A stretch of 64,000 nucleotides of DNA, from positions 372,001-436,000 of the forward strand of contig CM035354.1 in assembly GCA_020137815.1 (NCBI GenBank). Direction: 5' to 3'. The notes beneath the pieces were generated by a model. It ran no database searches, was not told the DNA's origin, and was given only the letters and a program-made list of their open reading frames with translations. Shown in pieces: positions 43,383-54,708 of this stretch. The stretch comes from Hormiphora californensis. Taxonomy: Eukaryota; Animalia; Ctenophora. The stretch's first letter is position 1. The number at the start of each line of letters is the position of its first letter. A program made the position numbers and the translations under genes.

Positions 43383-44698
43383 ATTACACATAGACTTATA
43401 GTCATGTTATGATGCCTGAAATGATGTGGTACATATATTATTCCCAATTCAAATTGACCACAAAAAACATGTTATACCGTATAAAATGTTTTTTGAATTT
43501 GCGGTCAATTTGCATTGGGAAAGGGACATTTATGTTTTATGGACGAGTGTATATTCTGTGTGGACACTGGACATACAGTATTCAAATTGACTTTTGAGTG
43601 TCATTCAGTTTAGACTGCAGTGACCCTTGGATACGCGACGGGTTGTAATTTACTGCACTGTCGAAATTGTAAACTCAAATAAAATCTACCAGTTCCCTGC
43701 TTAGTGGGATTCTACTGTACTGCTTAGTGGGTGTCTACTGAGAACATATAAGATAATCAAACTCAAAGGAACACGACTGTGCGGGTGTACCATTATAATA
43801 GTGTTGTGTTGGCACACGGAGAATATGTCTACTGAGAACTGAGTTCCCTTGATTGATTGATTTGGCCGAATTTAATTGATCAAATTGCTGTTCTATTTTA
43901 TTGCTATATTGTTTCACTTTCAAGTTCACCAGTTTTTAAAAAACTAAAATATTTTGTCGTTTTAAATTGTTGAACTTGACTGCGCCGCCCGTTTTGATCT
44001 TCAGTGCGTACTTTAGATCGGGCCGGTGACGCCAAACGGTTGTGAATGGAAAACATGCATGTGTAATTGTGTCAAGTATGTACGTGGTGTCAGTGATCAC
44101 GATGTTACCGGCACGGGCGGCACGCGCGTAATTATTCTTTATCAATCGCGGTGTGACGCGCAGCATTTGATTAAAAATGATTTCAAACTTGACAATTTTA
44201 AACAGGTCACGTGATCAAAATTCTAAAACCGTCAGATCTTGCTAAGTTCTTCCGAACCTCCAAATTTCAAGTCTCTATCTTATCAGGAACCGGAGATATG
44301 ACAAATTTGTTATTTCAGGGGGGTGACAGTTTCAAAAAATCCGAGTATAATCCGTTTATCACTCTTTTGCCGTTTTGGTCATTCTAAATTCTAATAACCC
44401 AGTCTATACATTTGCTTCAGTGAAACTTAGCAAAGATACAAAATGTATTCTTCGTAGTCTTTAGCGGTACCGAAAGGCCATGGAACTGTTTTGAGTAGAG
44501 TGCACTGTCAGTTACCAAAATAACGAAAACGGTGGAATGCGGCTCATTTCAGTTTTTGAGGCAGCTTTACTGGGTTATAATATATTCATGTCACCTTACA
44601 TTACACATTATTATACACTGCAAGCACTGGAGACTTTTCACTTCTCCACCACACCTTCTCTATTCGTTTATACACTCGTGTATCTGAGAGATTGAATT

Positions 44699-45799
44699 AT
44701 GAAGTTTTTGATTGTTTGTTTGGCTGTTTTTGCCCTGGCCTTGGCTGCCCCTGATGCCAAAGAGAAGGATGGGGAGTACATAATGGACATTCCAGAAGGT
44801 ACAACAATGAAGCACATGTAAAAATGTGACAACTTTTGAGTTGCTTTGCTCGACCCTGTTTGCAAATGTAAAGGAGGGTTAGAACATTACAACTTTTGAG
44901 ATGTTCTGGATAATGTGATGCTGAGAAAAAGCTATAACTCTCTTTTCATATTCTGAATAATGAGTTCAGAGCAAGAATTAAAAGTTCTGCCCGTGTATGT
45001 GTGAGATTCCCCATTAAACTGTTGTACAGAGGGCGTGTGTGTGTGTTGATCACCAGAAGGAGATATCAAAATTACTTCCCCCTCTCTTTTCATAGGTCTT
45101 GATTTTATTGAGGAGGAATTCATTGAACCAATCCCAGAAGAAGAAGTTGGTGATGAGGATATTGGATCTGCTGAGGTGAGTTTAGAGTCCCTAGAAAGTA
45201 TATTCTAGAGTCTTCAGCTTATAATGAATTATTAGATGACCTGTTACCATGTTTGGTTGCAATGTCATCATGGTTACCATGGTTACCATGGTTACAAGAT
45301 GAGACTCACATCAAACAAAACGTTATAGATTGAGATAATTGAAAAGGGAGTTCTTGTTACCGATTGGAGACCGGCTGCCAAATAAATTATCTAGGTTAGG
45401 CGCTGAGAATTTTTCGAAAAAAAATGAGAGAAGAATCAATTCATTACAGAGCGACGAAGTTCATATCATTGCCTCAAAGTGGGAGAAGCCGAGCAGAGAT
45501 CATTATTAAAAAGTCAGTCTGAGTCAGCGGACTTTTCTCTCTCTCCCAAATAATGCGGGAGAGAGAGAAAGGAAGTATATATCTCGTATATGTGATTTCC
45601 ATGATGCTAAGAACTTATAATCTGTCAAAATGGACGGGTATATATCATCCCCCCTCTATCTGGGGTGTACCTGTCGTCTGACCCCCATATATTTATCACC
45701 CAGGAAACGATCGAACTGCTGTCAAGAAGCGAGATGGACGCCCTCGAGAAGGATTTATCTGATATGGACCTTGTGATGGCTGATGGAAAGAAGAAATAA
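44699..45799 (+). CDS. Small acidic secreted protein / candidate peptide precursor, 91 aa (exons 44699-44798, 45096-45175, 45704-45799)
   Basis: GT-AG introns, phases 1 and 0. MKFLIVCLAVFALALA|APDAKEKDGEYIMDIPEGLDFIEEEFIEPIPEEEVGDEDIGSAEETIELLSRSEMDALEKDLSDMDLVMADGKKK*; AATAAA overlaps the stop. Confidence 0.75.
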
Positions 45800-45992
45800 A
45801 TATCTCTCTTTTATTTATCTGATATGGACCTTGTGATGGCTGATGGAAAGAAGAAATAAATATCTCTCTTTTATTTGTCTGATATATGGATCGTGTGATG
45901 GCTGATGGAAAGAAGAAATAAATATCTCTCTTTTATTTGTCTGATATATGGATCGTGTGATGGCTGATGGAAAGAAGAAATAAATATCTCTC
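45752..45992 (+). repeat. ~60-bp tandem repeat x4 of terminal codons + stop + polyA signal
   Basis: atttatctgatatggaccttgtgatggctgatggaaagaagaaataaatatctctctttt repeated; copies 3-4 share variants (tgtctgatatatggatcgtgtg). Confidence 0.92.
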
Positions 45993-46218
45993 TATTTCTC
46001 CTAGCTCTCTTTATTTAATCTTTAAACGCTTTTTCCTCAGTAGTGAGAATAAACCGTGATCAACCAGAGCAAGCAATCAAAATATGTGCTACCCACTTTT
46101 CCAAGAATTCTCATATCTCACTCATAATGATTTTAGTGTCGACCACTTCTCTTTTCTGATATCCTCTCAGTAATTAAATGTCACTCTGCTTTCATCAGTT
46201 TTCAGTTTGTATCTTATA

Positions 46219-46389
46219 CAGTCGGACCCCGATTTAGGGGCCCCCGATTTAGTGGCACCCCGATTTAGCGACAGGATTTTTTTTCCCCGATATAGGAACT
46301 TAACCTTATTTGACCCCGATTTAGTGGACACCCCGATTTAGTGGACAAGAGCTTTTCCCCGAGGGTGTCCCTAAATCGGGGTCCGACTG
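46219..46389. mobile_element. TA-flanked CAGTCGG MITE (second copy)
   Basis: TA|CAGTCGGACCCCGATTTAGGG...CCCTAAATCGGGGTCCGACTG|TA. Confidence 0.9.
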
Positions 46390-47223
46390 TAAATTCATTC
46401 GTATTTCGTAATTCGTAAGTAACATGGTTTGCAGGGACATGTCCTTTTCAGAATCTTGCTCGCTGTTTATATTTCTCCTCAATTATACCATCTCACGCAT
46501 TTTGAGTTCATTGGGCAGTGTTTCCAATATAGGGCCCACTTTAGACGTACAATATTTTTCATTTCATTTCCAGCCTGTATTCGATTGTGTGTACTTGATT
46601 GTCTTTTTCTCTTGCTCCCCTTTCTTTTTCCCCAGCTCTATTTTAATCACTCTCGCTCGCTCCTCTCTCGCCCTGAAATGATTTATTGTTTTCACCAGAG
46701 TTTTCTTGGAAATGAATAGTTTTGTTACGTCACAGATATTGTTATGAGCTAGGTTCTGGTTAGAATCCTACAAAATCATGGTGAAACATGGATAGGCTAC
46801 ACAAATTAGTTTCAGTCACACAGAAAAGATAAATTTTCACCTCTGGAATATATTTATCAAAGATATTTTGCACAATTCAACTCCTCTGCGAAAAATACAA
46901 AGATTTTAAACCTCTCGATTCGAAAATGTCAAATGTGAATGTGAAATGTGAAGAGAGATATCTTGCACTGATGTAGAAAAGCGTTTGGTTTATCGTACAT
47001 AAAGAATGAGAAATCGAAACTTTCGAAGATACTATCTCCATTTCTCATTCTTTTAGTCTCCACTCTCCAGTAAAAAGATTCTTTTTTCAACCGTCTTTGG
47101 TCACCCCTCTATTTCTATCGTTACGATACCTATAAATTTGTCATATAGTTTAGAACAGTCTAAACCAGCTTCAATGTTGAAAAGTGATGCCAAGTTGGAG
47201 TACTATTTCCAATGGCTTCATTG

Positions 47224-47334
47224 CAGGAACCGACCGAATCAGGAAATACTGGTCCCTGATTGGCTGATAACCAGTAACGTGACCTGAATAACGAGCTCTG
47301 ATTGGTTGTTTACTCACGGCAGTGTCGGTTCCTG
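47224..47334 (+). mobile_element. Complete 111-bp hAT-type MITE
   Basis: 11-bp TIR caggaaccgac/gtcggttcctg; 8-bp TSD cttcattg at 47216-47223 and 47335-47342 (8-bp TSDs typify hAT). Confidence 0.85.
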
Positions 47335-47336
47335 CT

Positions 47337-48378
47337 TCATTGTTCCAAGAAAGATCTCCGCAGGATTTCTTGGAGATCTTTGTCCGTGTCTGACTCGTGT
47401 TCGGAACTAGTGCTGCTTGTATCACTAGATATATCATCACCATCATCATCATCTGGGGATAGATTCATCATATCAGTGTTATCAATGTTAGAGTCATCCG
47501 ATTCAGTGATGATTGCATCAAATTGAAGCTCGGGTGAAGAGCTAGGGATGCTATGGAGGGGAGAGGAATCTGACGATGAATCGGTGATGTGTATGATACT
47601 TTCTCTGCTGTTAGTCAATACAAAGGGCCGGTACCTACCTGTAGATGTTACAGTAGATGATGTAGTCTGCTCCTCTGCAGCTGCAGTACTCCTTCTTCCC
47701 CTTCCAAGTCCCACTCTGCGACGATTCTGGTGAATAACATCCCTTACACGGCGTCATACACATTTTTATTTGGAATTTCTATCTGGGATTTCTATTTGGA
47801 ATTTCTATCTGGAAGAACCGCACGTGCAGATGCGCCGCGCCGCGCCTCAAATTCACGTGCGAGATTAAAGAGAGAGACGCACATTAACGTTGTACGTTTG
47901 TCTCTCACTCTCTCTTGAAAACCCGCACGTGCAGATGCGCCGCGCCGCGGCTCAAATTCACGTGCGTGTTATACAGATTCTGACAGAAAATACGAGCACA
48001 AAATTCCATATAAAAATGTGTATGACGGACTGTTATGGCTGTCGCGTATACAAGGCTGGCCTCACTAGCTTGATCTCCGCGGGTTTGAATTGTAGCTGAT
48101 GCAGATCGAACCCTCCTCCTCCTCCTCCTTGATTCTTCAACCTTTCTCCACCTCCTCCAAATGAGAATTAAGTAGTTTCAAGATCCTCTCTAGCCCAAGG
48201 GATTCTCACCAGTCCTCAGGGGCTGTCGGCACAGTGGACAAGTTCTACCATCCACCGCCTGGATACATGAACTACAGAAAACATGTGAGCAGCAACTAGT
48301 GGTAACAAGGTGACTGGAGGGCAGATCAAGACAAATACTGCACCTCAGCTCCTCTTTTAACCGATCACAAAAGTCCAT
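47337..48378 (-). CDS. RING-finger (C3HC4) ... acidic linker ... UIM-like C-terminus; RNF114/138/166-like E3 ligase, middle disrupted by stops/indels
   Basis: MDFCDRLKEELRCSICLDLPSSHLVTTSCCSHVFCSSCIQAVDGRTCPLCRQPL from 48378. Last exon from acceptor at 47726 ends DTDKDLQEILRRSFLEQ*, resembling the RNF114-family terminal UIM. An in-frame stop follows the RING and the donor was not resolved. Confidence 0.6.
47752..48027. mobile_element. MITE in the RING gene intron
   Basis: cgtcatacacatttttatttggaattt (47752-47778) mirrors aaattccatataaaaatgtgtatgacg (48001-48027); internal ~45-bp direct repeat ccgcacgtgcagatgcgccgcgccgc. Confidence 0.65.
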
Positions 48379-48862
48379 AATAATGAGCAGTGTATTTAAT
48401 ACGCAGAACAGATGTGACAAGATTTGGCAGTGAAAATGAATATATTTGTGAAGGTGGTGGTGAAGATAGTGTTGTTTGAAACACACATGTGACTTGTTCT
48501 TCTGCAGCTACCATCACACATGCTTTATACACTGTTCGTGCTCATAGTCCTTCAGTTGGTGTTGCAGGCCATAGAGTTGGTGTTACTATCCCTCCCTTCT
48601 CGCTTTACTCCTTTCTTGTCTCTTGATCTTATCTCCCCCCCCCCCTCTCTCCCCCTCTCTCTCCCTCTCTCTCCCGCTGAATCTGGAGCACCATCTGCGA
48701 CCAACTGTTTGCAGCAGAACTGTCACCACTTTTTAACCCGCCGATAGCTCCCTTCGTTTACCTTCCTTTCCTTCAGAGTCATTGCGATTTCTTCAATCCA
48801 CCAATCGTCAGATGGAGAAATAAAAGGGAGAGAGAGAGAACGAGAGACACACTGAAAGATAA

Positions 48863-49017
<155 letters not shown>

Positions 49018-49742
49018 CGTTACTCTGTGTGCAAGTGCCGCCAACTACATGTTCTGTGAGGTGAGACGAAACTGTTTAACCTTTATTGGCCAGTGGTCTA
49101 GTCTCTAGATCTTTAACATTCTTTTGTCTCCACTATCCATGCATGCCTTGTGGCTTGTTGAGTAAGGGACCAAGAATGTAAAACAGGCTCAATTCACTCA
49201 CTCTCTCTCTCTCTCCCTGTATCAAGTTGTTATTATGTTGTAGTCTGATAATTAATTATTCAAATTTGCCCCATAACTGACCACCCTGGATGTGTTAAAT
49301 ATGAATGAGAGAGATGCTGACGGAGAGAGGTGCTGACGGAGAGATAGAGGTAGAGGTAGAGACTAGAGAGAGGTAAAGCGAGGTAGAGAGAGAGAGAGAA
49401 AGGGGTAGAGAGAGAGAAGGGAGAAAAGGAGAGAAGATGATTATCAACTGATCACTTGCCTGATTGTAATAGCGACGCGTATCTTAACCCAGTATATTAT
49501 GCTGCGTGGGCAATATTATTGCTTGTTAAGAGGTTATGACGTACTCACATGTGTGCAACAAGAGATCTGGAAAACACAGAACAAGCTTAAAATACGCAAA
49601 ATTTGGAATTATTTTACTATTTTAGATCCCTTTTAGATTATATCATGCTTTAAATTGTACGTGGTCAGACGTGTTTTACACTGCATGGGTAATGAGTAGT
49701 GCATTTCATTTCCTTGTGCCAACCTTACATTTTCTTTCTTTA

Positions 49743-50016
49743 CAGTGGTCATCCGACATAATTGCCATATCTCGACGTGAACTTCGGCGTGGAATTCGAC
49801 GAGGAATAGCAGGCGTTTGTAGTTATGAACGCCTGCTGCCCATGCCGCACGTGCCAATGTGCCGCGCACAGCAGGCGTTCATAACTACAAACGCCTGCTA
49901 TTCCTCGTCGAATTCCACGTCGAAGTTTACGTCGAGATATGGCAATTATGTCGGATGACCACTGTTCCACGTCGAAGTTTACGTCGAGATATGGCAATTA
50001 TGTCGGATGACCACTG
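49743..50016. mobile_element. Palindromic MITE (~95-bp TIRs, CAGTGG ends) with tandemly duplicated right end
   Basis: 49743-49838 mirrors 49869-49964; the last ~52 bp are repeated to 50016. Confidence 0.8.
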
Positions 50017-50328
50017 TTACTCAGTCTGTTTCATGGTTGGAGTGAGGTCAATGATTTTCAATATTTTAACTTGCTTTCAGTACATCTCTCTGTGCCCCTG
50101 GCCTCTCCCCCTCTCACTATCCCTCTCTATCTCTATCTCTCTCTCTCTCGCTCTATCTCTCACTCTATCTCTCCTCCGTGTTCCGCTTCGTATGCAACAT
50201 GCAATGTACTGTTATACATGTACTGCCACAGCAGTGGAACAACTTAACTTGCTAATTTCTCCTCTCTCCTACTGATTTGTCAAACTCACGAGCTCGTTGC
50301 CTTCTTCCATTTCTCTCTCTCGCTTTCT

Positions 50329-50385
<57 letters not shown>

Positions 50386-50462
50386 ACTCTAATACACTTT
50401 TCACTTCTTTACGGCTCATCGTTGTTGTCCGTCAGATTTGTGAAACTTCTGCAGCCTATTTA

Positions 50463-51079
50463 CAGTCGGACCCCGATTTACCGGGAAGATAAACTTCTCC
50501 CGATTTTTAGAAAATCACTTATGTCACATGCACAGTATGATACCAAATGGGTATTATCATTTATCCTGGGTTTATCCCATCCTACTCTTAGGGTTGGTAA
50601 TGAAATTACCCCTCCGTGGCCTGCGCGCGGGACGCCCCTGTGGGGCGTGAGTAAATGGGTGACTTCGTAACCAACTTTTAGGGTAAAGCAGGCTGTAAAG
50701 TAGACTGTAGAGAATCACGTATCGCCATCTCTAGGTCTAATGTGGTCAAAGTATCGATATCCATTATCCATCTTGTGTAAAAATAGACGATACATACGTG
50801 CTTCCCCACCACTAAACACATTTCCCGATTACTAGACAGACGGATTTAATGAATTGTTGTCTGAAATTCATTTAAGCACCGTATTAGCAATTGTGGCTGC
50901 AGTCATTAAATGCTTATGGCCATAAGGGCGTGACAACAGACAACGTGGCACAGAACATCGGGGGCCAGCAACGTTTGCCAAACAGACAACCAGATCTATA
51001 GAGGGTTATGAATGTATCACCCCAATTTACCGGGCAAAATGGCTTCCCACGAGGATCCCGGTAAATCGGGTTCCGACTG
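50463..51079. mobile_element. Longer CAGTCGG-family element with nested IR insert
   Basis: TA|CAGTCGGACCCCGATTTACCGGG ... CCCGGTAAATCGGGTTCCGACTG|TA. The internal IR ttagggttggtaatgaaattaccc / gggtgacttcgtaaccaacttta is related to 34009-34070. Confidence 0.75.
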
Positions 51080-52407
51080 TAGGTGCCTTTCTTGAGTCAC
51101 TGTCTTCCGCGACTTACCAAAAAAATAATTATGTATACATAATTATTTTTTTGATATTACACATCATACATGATAAAATCAAGTGTTTTTCTCGAATCTT
51201 CCATCGATGGAAATAGCCTGATGGCCATCACGCTCTGTCAGGCCAATGCTCTGACAGATCACGCTATTTTTTGTGTCGAAAATGACAAACTGCCATCAGT
51301 TTTTGTGTGATGCACTTGCATATATAATATTCGAATTGATAGAGATATGATTTTTCTTTTTTTTTCAACACTCATCTTGTTGACATGCAGTGTGTTTTGT
51401 ATGCTCAATTGCAATGCCACACGTGTAAAACTAGTTGAATTTTGGTTTGCCGGCCAATGTAATAATGTGTTTTTTAATGGGCAGGGTGCCACAAGGGTTA
51501 GATCATGTAAGTACGACAACAAGCACGCACGACAAAAAACAGAGAGAGAAAGAGAGGGAAAGTCGTCAAACTGAGAAAGAGATATAGAGAGAAAAAGAGA
51601 TAGAGAGCTAGAGAGGAGAATAACTATATAATTTATGCTAGCTGTCGTAGGAATTGCGGTCAAGGAGGTCAGAATATACAGATAACGAAAAAGAGAGAGA
51701 GGGAGAAAGATAGAGAAAAAGAAAAAGAGGGGAAGGAGGGAGAGATAGTCGGTATAACCCCTGTTATAATAGTGCACAAGAGTTTTCGAAATTACAATTC
51801 TGTCTAACACGTGTGTGTGTGTGTGCGTGGCTCTAGGTTATAGCGTACCAAACTCTGCCGCACGACAGAACGGTGTTGCAACCTGTCATAAAGTCTGTGG
51901 TCTGTATGAAAGATAATAGCTAAAATATCACGCTCAAAATTACACCAATCAAACAAATTTCTCTGATATTCTAACTGTTTGTGGTCTGTATTGGGGCATT
52001 CTCACGCAAGCTTTTTGTCCTGTCAGCTTCTGAGTCTGGAACAAGGTTGTATTGTTCATACTATTACAACAGCACAAGAACAAGGTAACGTTTTACCTTT
52101 GAGAGAGTCTTGAGTTTGGTTTAGTCTTTACAGCTCTTTGGAAAGAGTTCGATCCTCCCTTTCTAAAGATGCCATGAAATTTGAAATTGGTTGAGGAATG
52201 GCCGAGTTATGGGGTAAAATGTCTCAAAATGGGCGAAAATTGATTTTTCAATTTTGTATCAGCCGTTGTTACTTGTATTGAGAACGTTGGGCTCTAGTAT
52301 AATATATGTCTTATAATGTGTAAAATATTTGGATTTTGTTTTGGTACCAGTCAGGAAAATTGTTTTGAAGAAGTCTTATAAACTCATTTTTTACTAACTT
52401 TACAACA

Positions 52408-53115
52408 TTACTCTTTTCCAGTCCACTTTGCCAATGGACCATTAATGTGAAGGCCAGCCTTGTAAACATCGCTAGAGAAGTACTCACTAATTCCCTTCAG
52501 TCCCTCGACCTTGCTCAAAAAAGCAGCAACCTTGGCTTTACCCTCAAAGGGAGAAGGAAGGAACCTCCTAAGCTGGTCTAGAAACTCGTACACAAGAAAA
52601 TCAACGTAACATACGGTATCACCAACACAGAAGCCACCACCACTCAGCCACTCATCGAACATGGGGATTCTTTCCTCTAGACGTATTGTGAGTTGATTCT
52701 TTAGGAATTCGTGGTCAAACAGACCAGTTTCACTTCCTGGTCGGAATCCAGGTATAGTCATAAAGGGATCGTAGCAAGTGTTGTTCATTCTGGACTTGAG
52801 GTCAGATATCTCTTGCTCTATCATCTCGCACTTAACTAGCTCCTCCTCACATTTTGGCACGAGTCCAAACTTGCGTGCAAGGTACTTTAGAACGGCCAGG
52901 CTCTGGGTCACATAGGTTTCGCCGTCGACAAGGAAGGGCATGTTTGCAAACTTTAGTCCCGCAGTGTAACGAACCTCATTACGCCACTTTTGCATCCCCT
53001 CCTTAGACAGAGGCAGTTTCTCGTACTCAAAGGGCTCTCCGATGTATTGTAGAAGGAGGTGGGATGGCTCAGCAAGTCCTCGGATGTTATCCCAGTAGAC
53101 CAACTTGACAGTCAT
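52408..53115 (-). CDS. Intronless glutathione S-transferase, Mu-class-like, 235 aa
   Basis: LVYWDNIRGLAEPSHLLLQY (catalytic Tyr), W...GLKFANMPFLVDG..VTQSLAVLKYLARKFGL, C-terminal VCYVDFLVYEFLDQ and INGPLAKW. Confidence 0.93.
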   Translation of the reverse strand: MTVKLVYWDNIRGLAEPSHLLLQYIGEPFEYEKLPLSKEGMQKWRNEVRYTAGLKFANMPFLVDGETYVTQSLAVLKYLARKFGLVPKCEEELVKCEMIEQEISDLKSRMNNTCYDPFMTIPGFRPGSETGLFDHEFLKNQLTIRLEERIPMFDEWLSGGGFCVGDTVCYVDFLVYEFLDQLRRFLPSPFEGKAKVAAFLSKVEGLKGISEYFSSDVYKAGLHINGPLAKWTGKE

Positions 53116-53984
53116 ATTCGCTAGACGCTAAAACAGTGGTATTTAGACAAGTTATCAGCAAGAGAACTCGTGCAAAGCAGTTTACATGGTGTGACTGTGC
53201 AACGTGTCTAAAGATAGGGAGACCTTTAAACCATACCCAGCTTGATAATCAAATTACGAAGCCACTGAGTTTTTTGATAAGAAACTTTATGCCCTATCAG
53301 TGACGAAGATGTGGCGTCACGTAATATCGAAATCTTATACCCAGGCGAGCAAATGATGATCATTCACAAGGCTTATTATTATAATAGTCGGCCACAGTTG
53401 AATTAAATTATTCGGTGGCTCCCCCCCCCAAACCTCTCAGTAGCGCTGTTTTTGGGAAATTGGTCATGTGAACGCACAGTACGCTATGTGAGGGTTCGGT
53501 AGATCAATATAGTTGTTGTTGTTTGTGCCTCCCACTTCCAATCCCACGGCTGCTTCATGGTCCAGCGTGACCAGATCATCAACCCGAAGGTGAGATCAAG
53601 ATTCATAGATATGTATCCCAGATCGGTCAGCTTTCGTTTCCTGAGGTCACAACACACACAAGGTGTCGTTTCCCCAGGAGGCGGAGCTTCCTTCTCCATG
53701 ACCTCTGGATCATAAAGCATGTTGCTGTGGTTTTGCACCCGTACTTTATTGTACAGGTCTTGGGTTTCACTCATAACGGGGGTTCCCTTTATAAGAGATG
53801 TAGCTTTGGACAGGATGAAAGCGGCCTTTGGACAGAGGTTACTTTCATTTTATTGCGTACTTACCCTCTGGTTTAACGAACCAGTACATCCCGTTTGGGT
53901 TAACGGGCAGGGGGTTTTAGCCCCTGTGGGTATTACGTCCCCTCCGGTCTTGCTGGGTTTGTTTGAGCCCCTATCCTCCCCATC

Positions 53985-54330
53985 TTAGCGGAATCGGTTG
54001 CTTCTCTTTATTAGTTTTGTGAGTTTGTTTAGGTTGAGTGTCTCGTCTTCGTATATTTCTTCTTTTATTGTTAGGTATCCGAGTTTATGTTTTTCCTCAT
54101 CGAGGTCCGGGCAAAACATGAGGACATGTTCTGAGTTCTCTTTTACCTTACACGGTGTGCAATTTGGGTCGATTTTGTTGTCTTTGATTTGTTGGGCTGA
54201 TGCCAGCTTGTTTGTCCTGATATGGCTTGTGTTAGTTGTCTTAGGCTTTTTGTCTTTATCATGTTGTACTGTTTGTATAGTTTTGGTAGTACTGCTGTAG
54301 TGAAAACGTTATACTTTTTCGTTTGTATTT
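53985..54330 (-). mobile_element. 3' remnant of a non-LTR retrotransposon ORF2 (I-group/R1-like zinc knuckle)
   Basis: Minus strand, frameshifted: SLRQLTQAISGQ... then IDPNCTPCKVKENSEHVLMFCPDL...KLTKLIKRSNRFR*, i.e. a C-x2-C-x7-H-x4-C knuckle typical of LINE ORF2 C-termini; A-rich coding strand. Confidence 0.65.
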
Positions 54331-54527
54331 CTTTGAAGATAGTTTTATTTAAGTGTATCGAGATGATAGGTTACTAGTCATTTAACAGTTTAAATTTGAT
54401 ATGTCTGGTCGTCACTCCATTCAAGAGAGGTATGCGTAGTAACTCCCCGAATGACGTGGGCTACGAAAGAAGTACCATGATGGTTTTTCTCCTACTCAGT
54501 CTGGAATTTTGCTGAGTAGTAGTCCCA

Positions 54528-54708
54528 GATATCCCTTTATCCTGACCCAAGGCTGGGCAGCCAAGTCTGGGCGGTCAGGAGGGTGGTATGCCACCAGCTT
54601 GGAATTCCCTTTATCCTGACCCAAGGCTGGGAGGTCAGGAGGGTGGTATGCCACCAGCTTGGATATCCCTTTATCCTGACCCAAGGCTGGGAGGTCAGGA
54701 GGGTGATG
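54528..54708. repeat. ~60-bp tandem repeat x3
   Basis: gatatccctttatcctgacccaaggctggg...ggtcaggagggtggtatgccaccagcttg. Confidence 0.88.
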
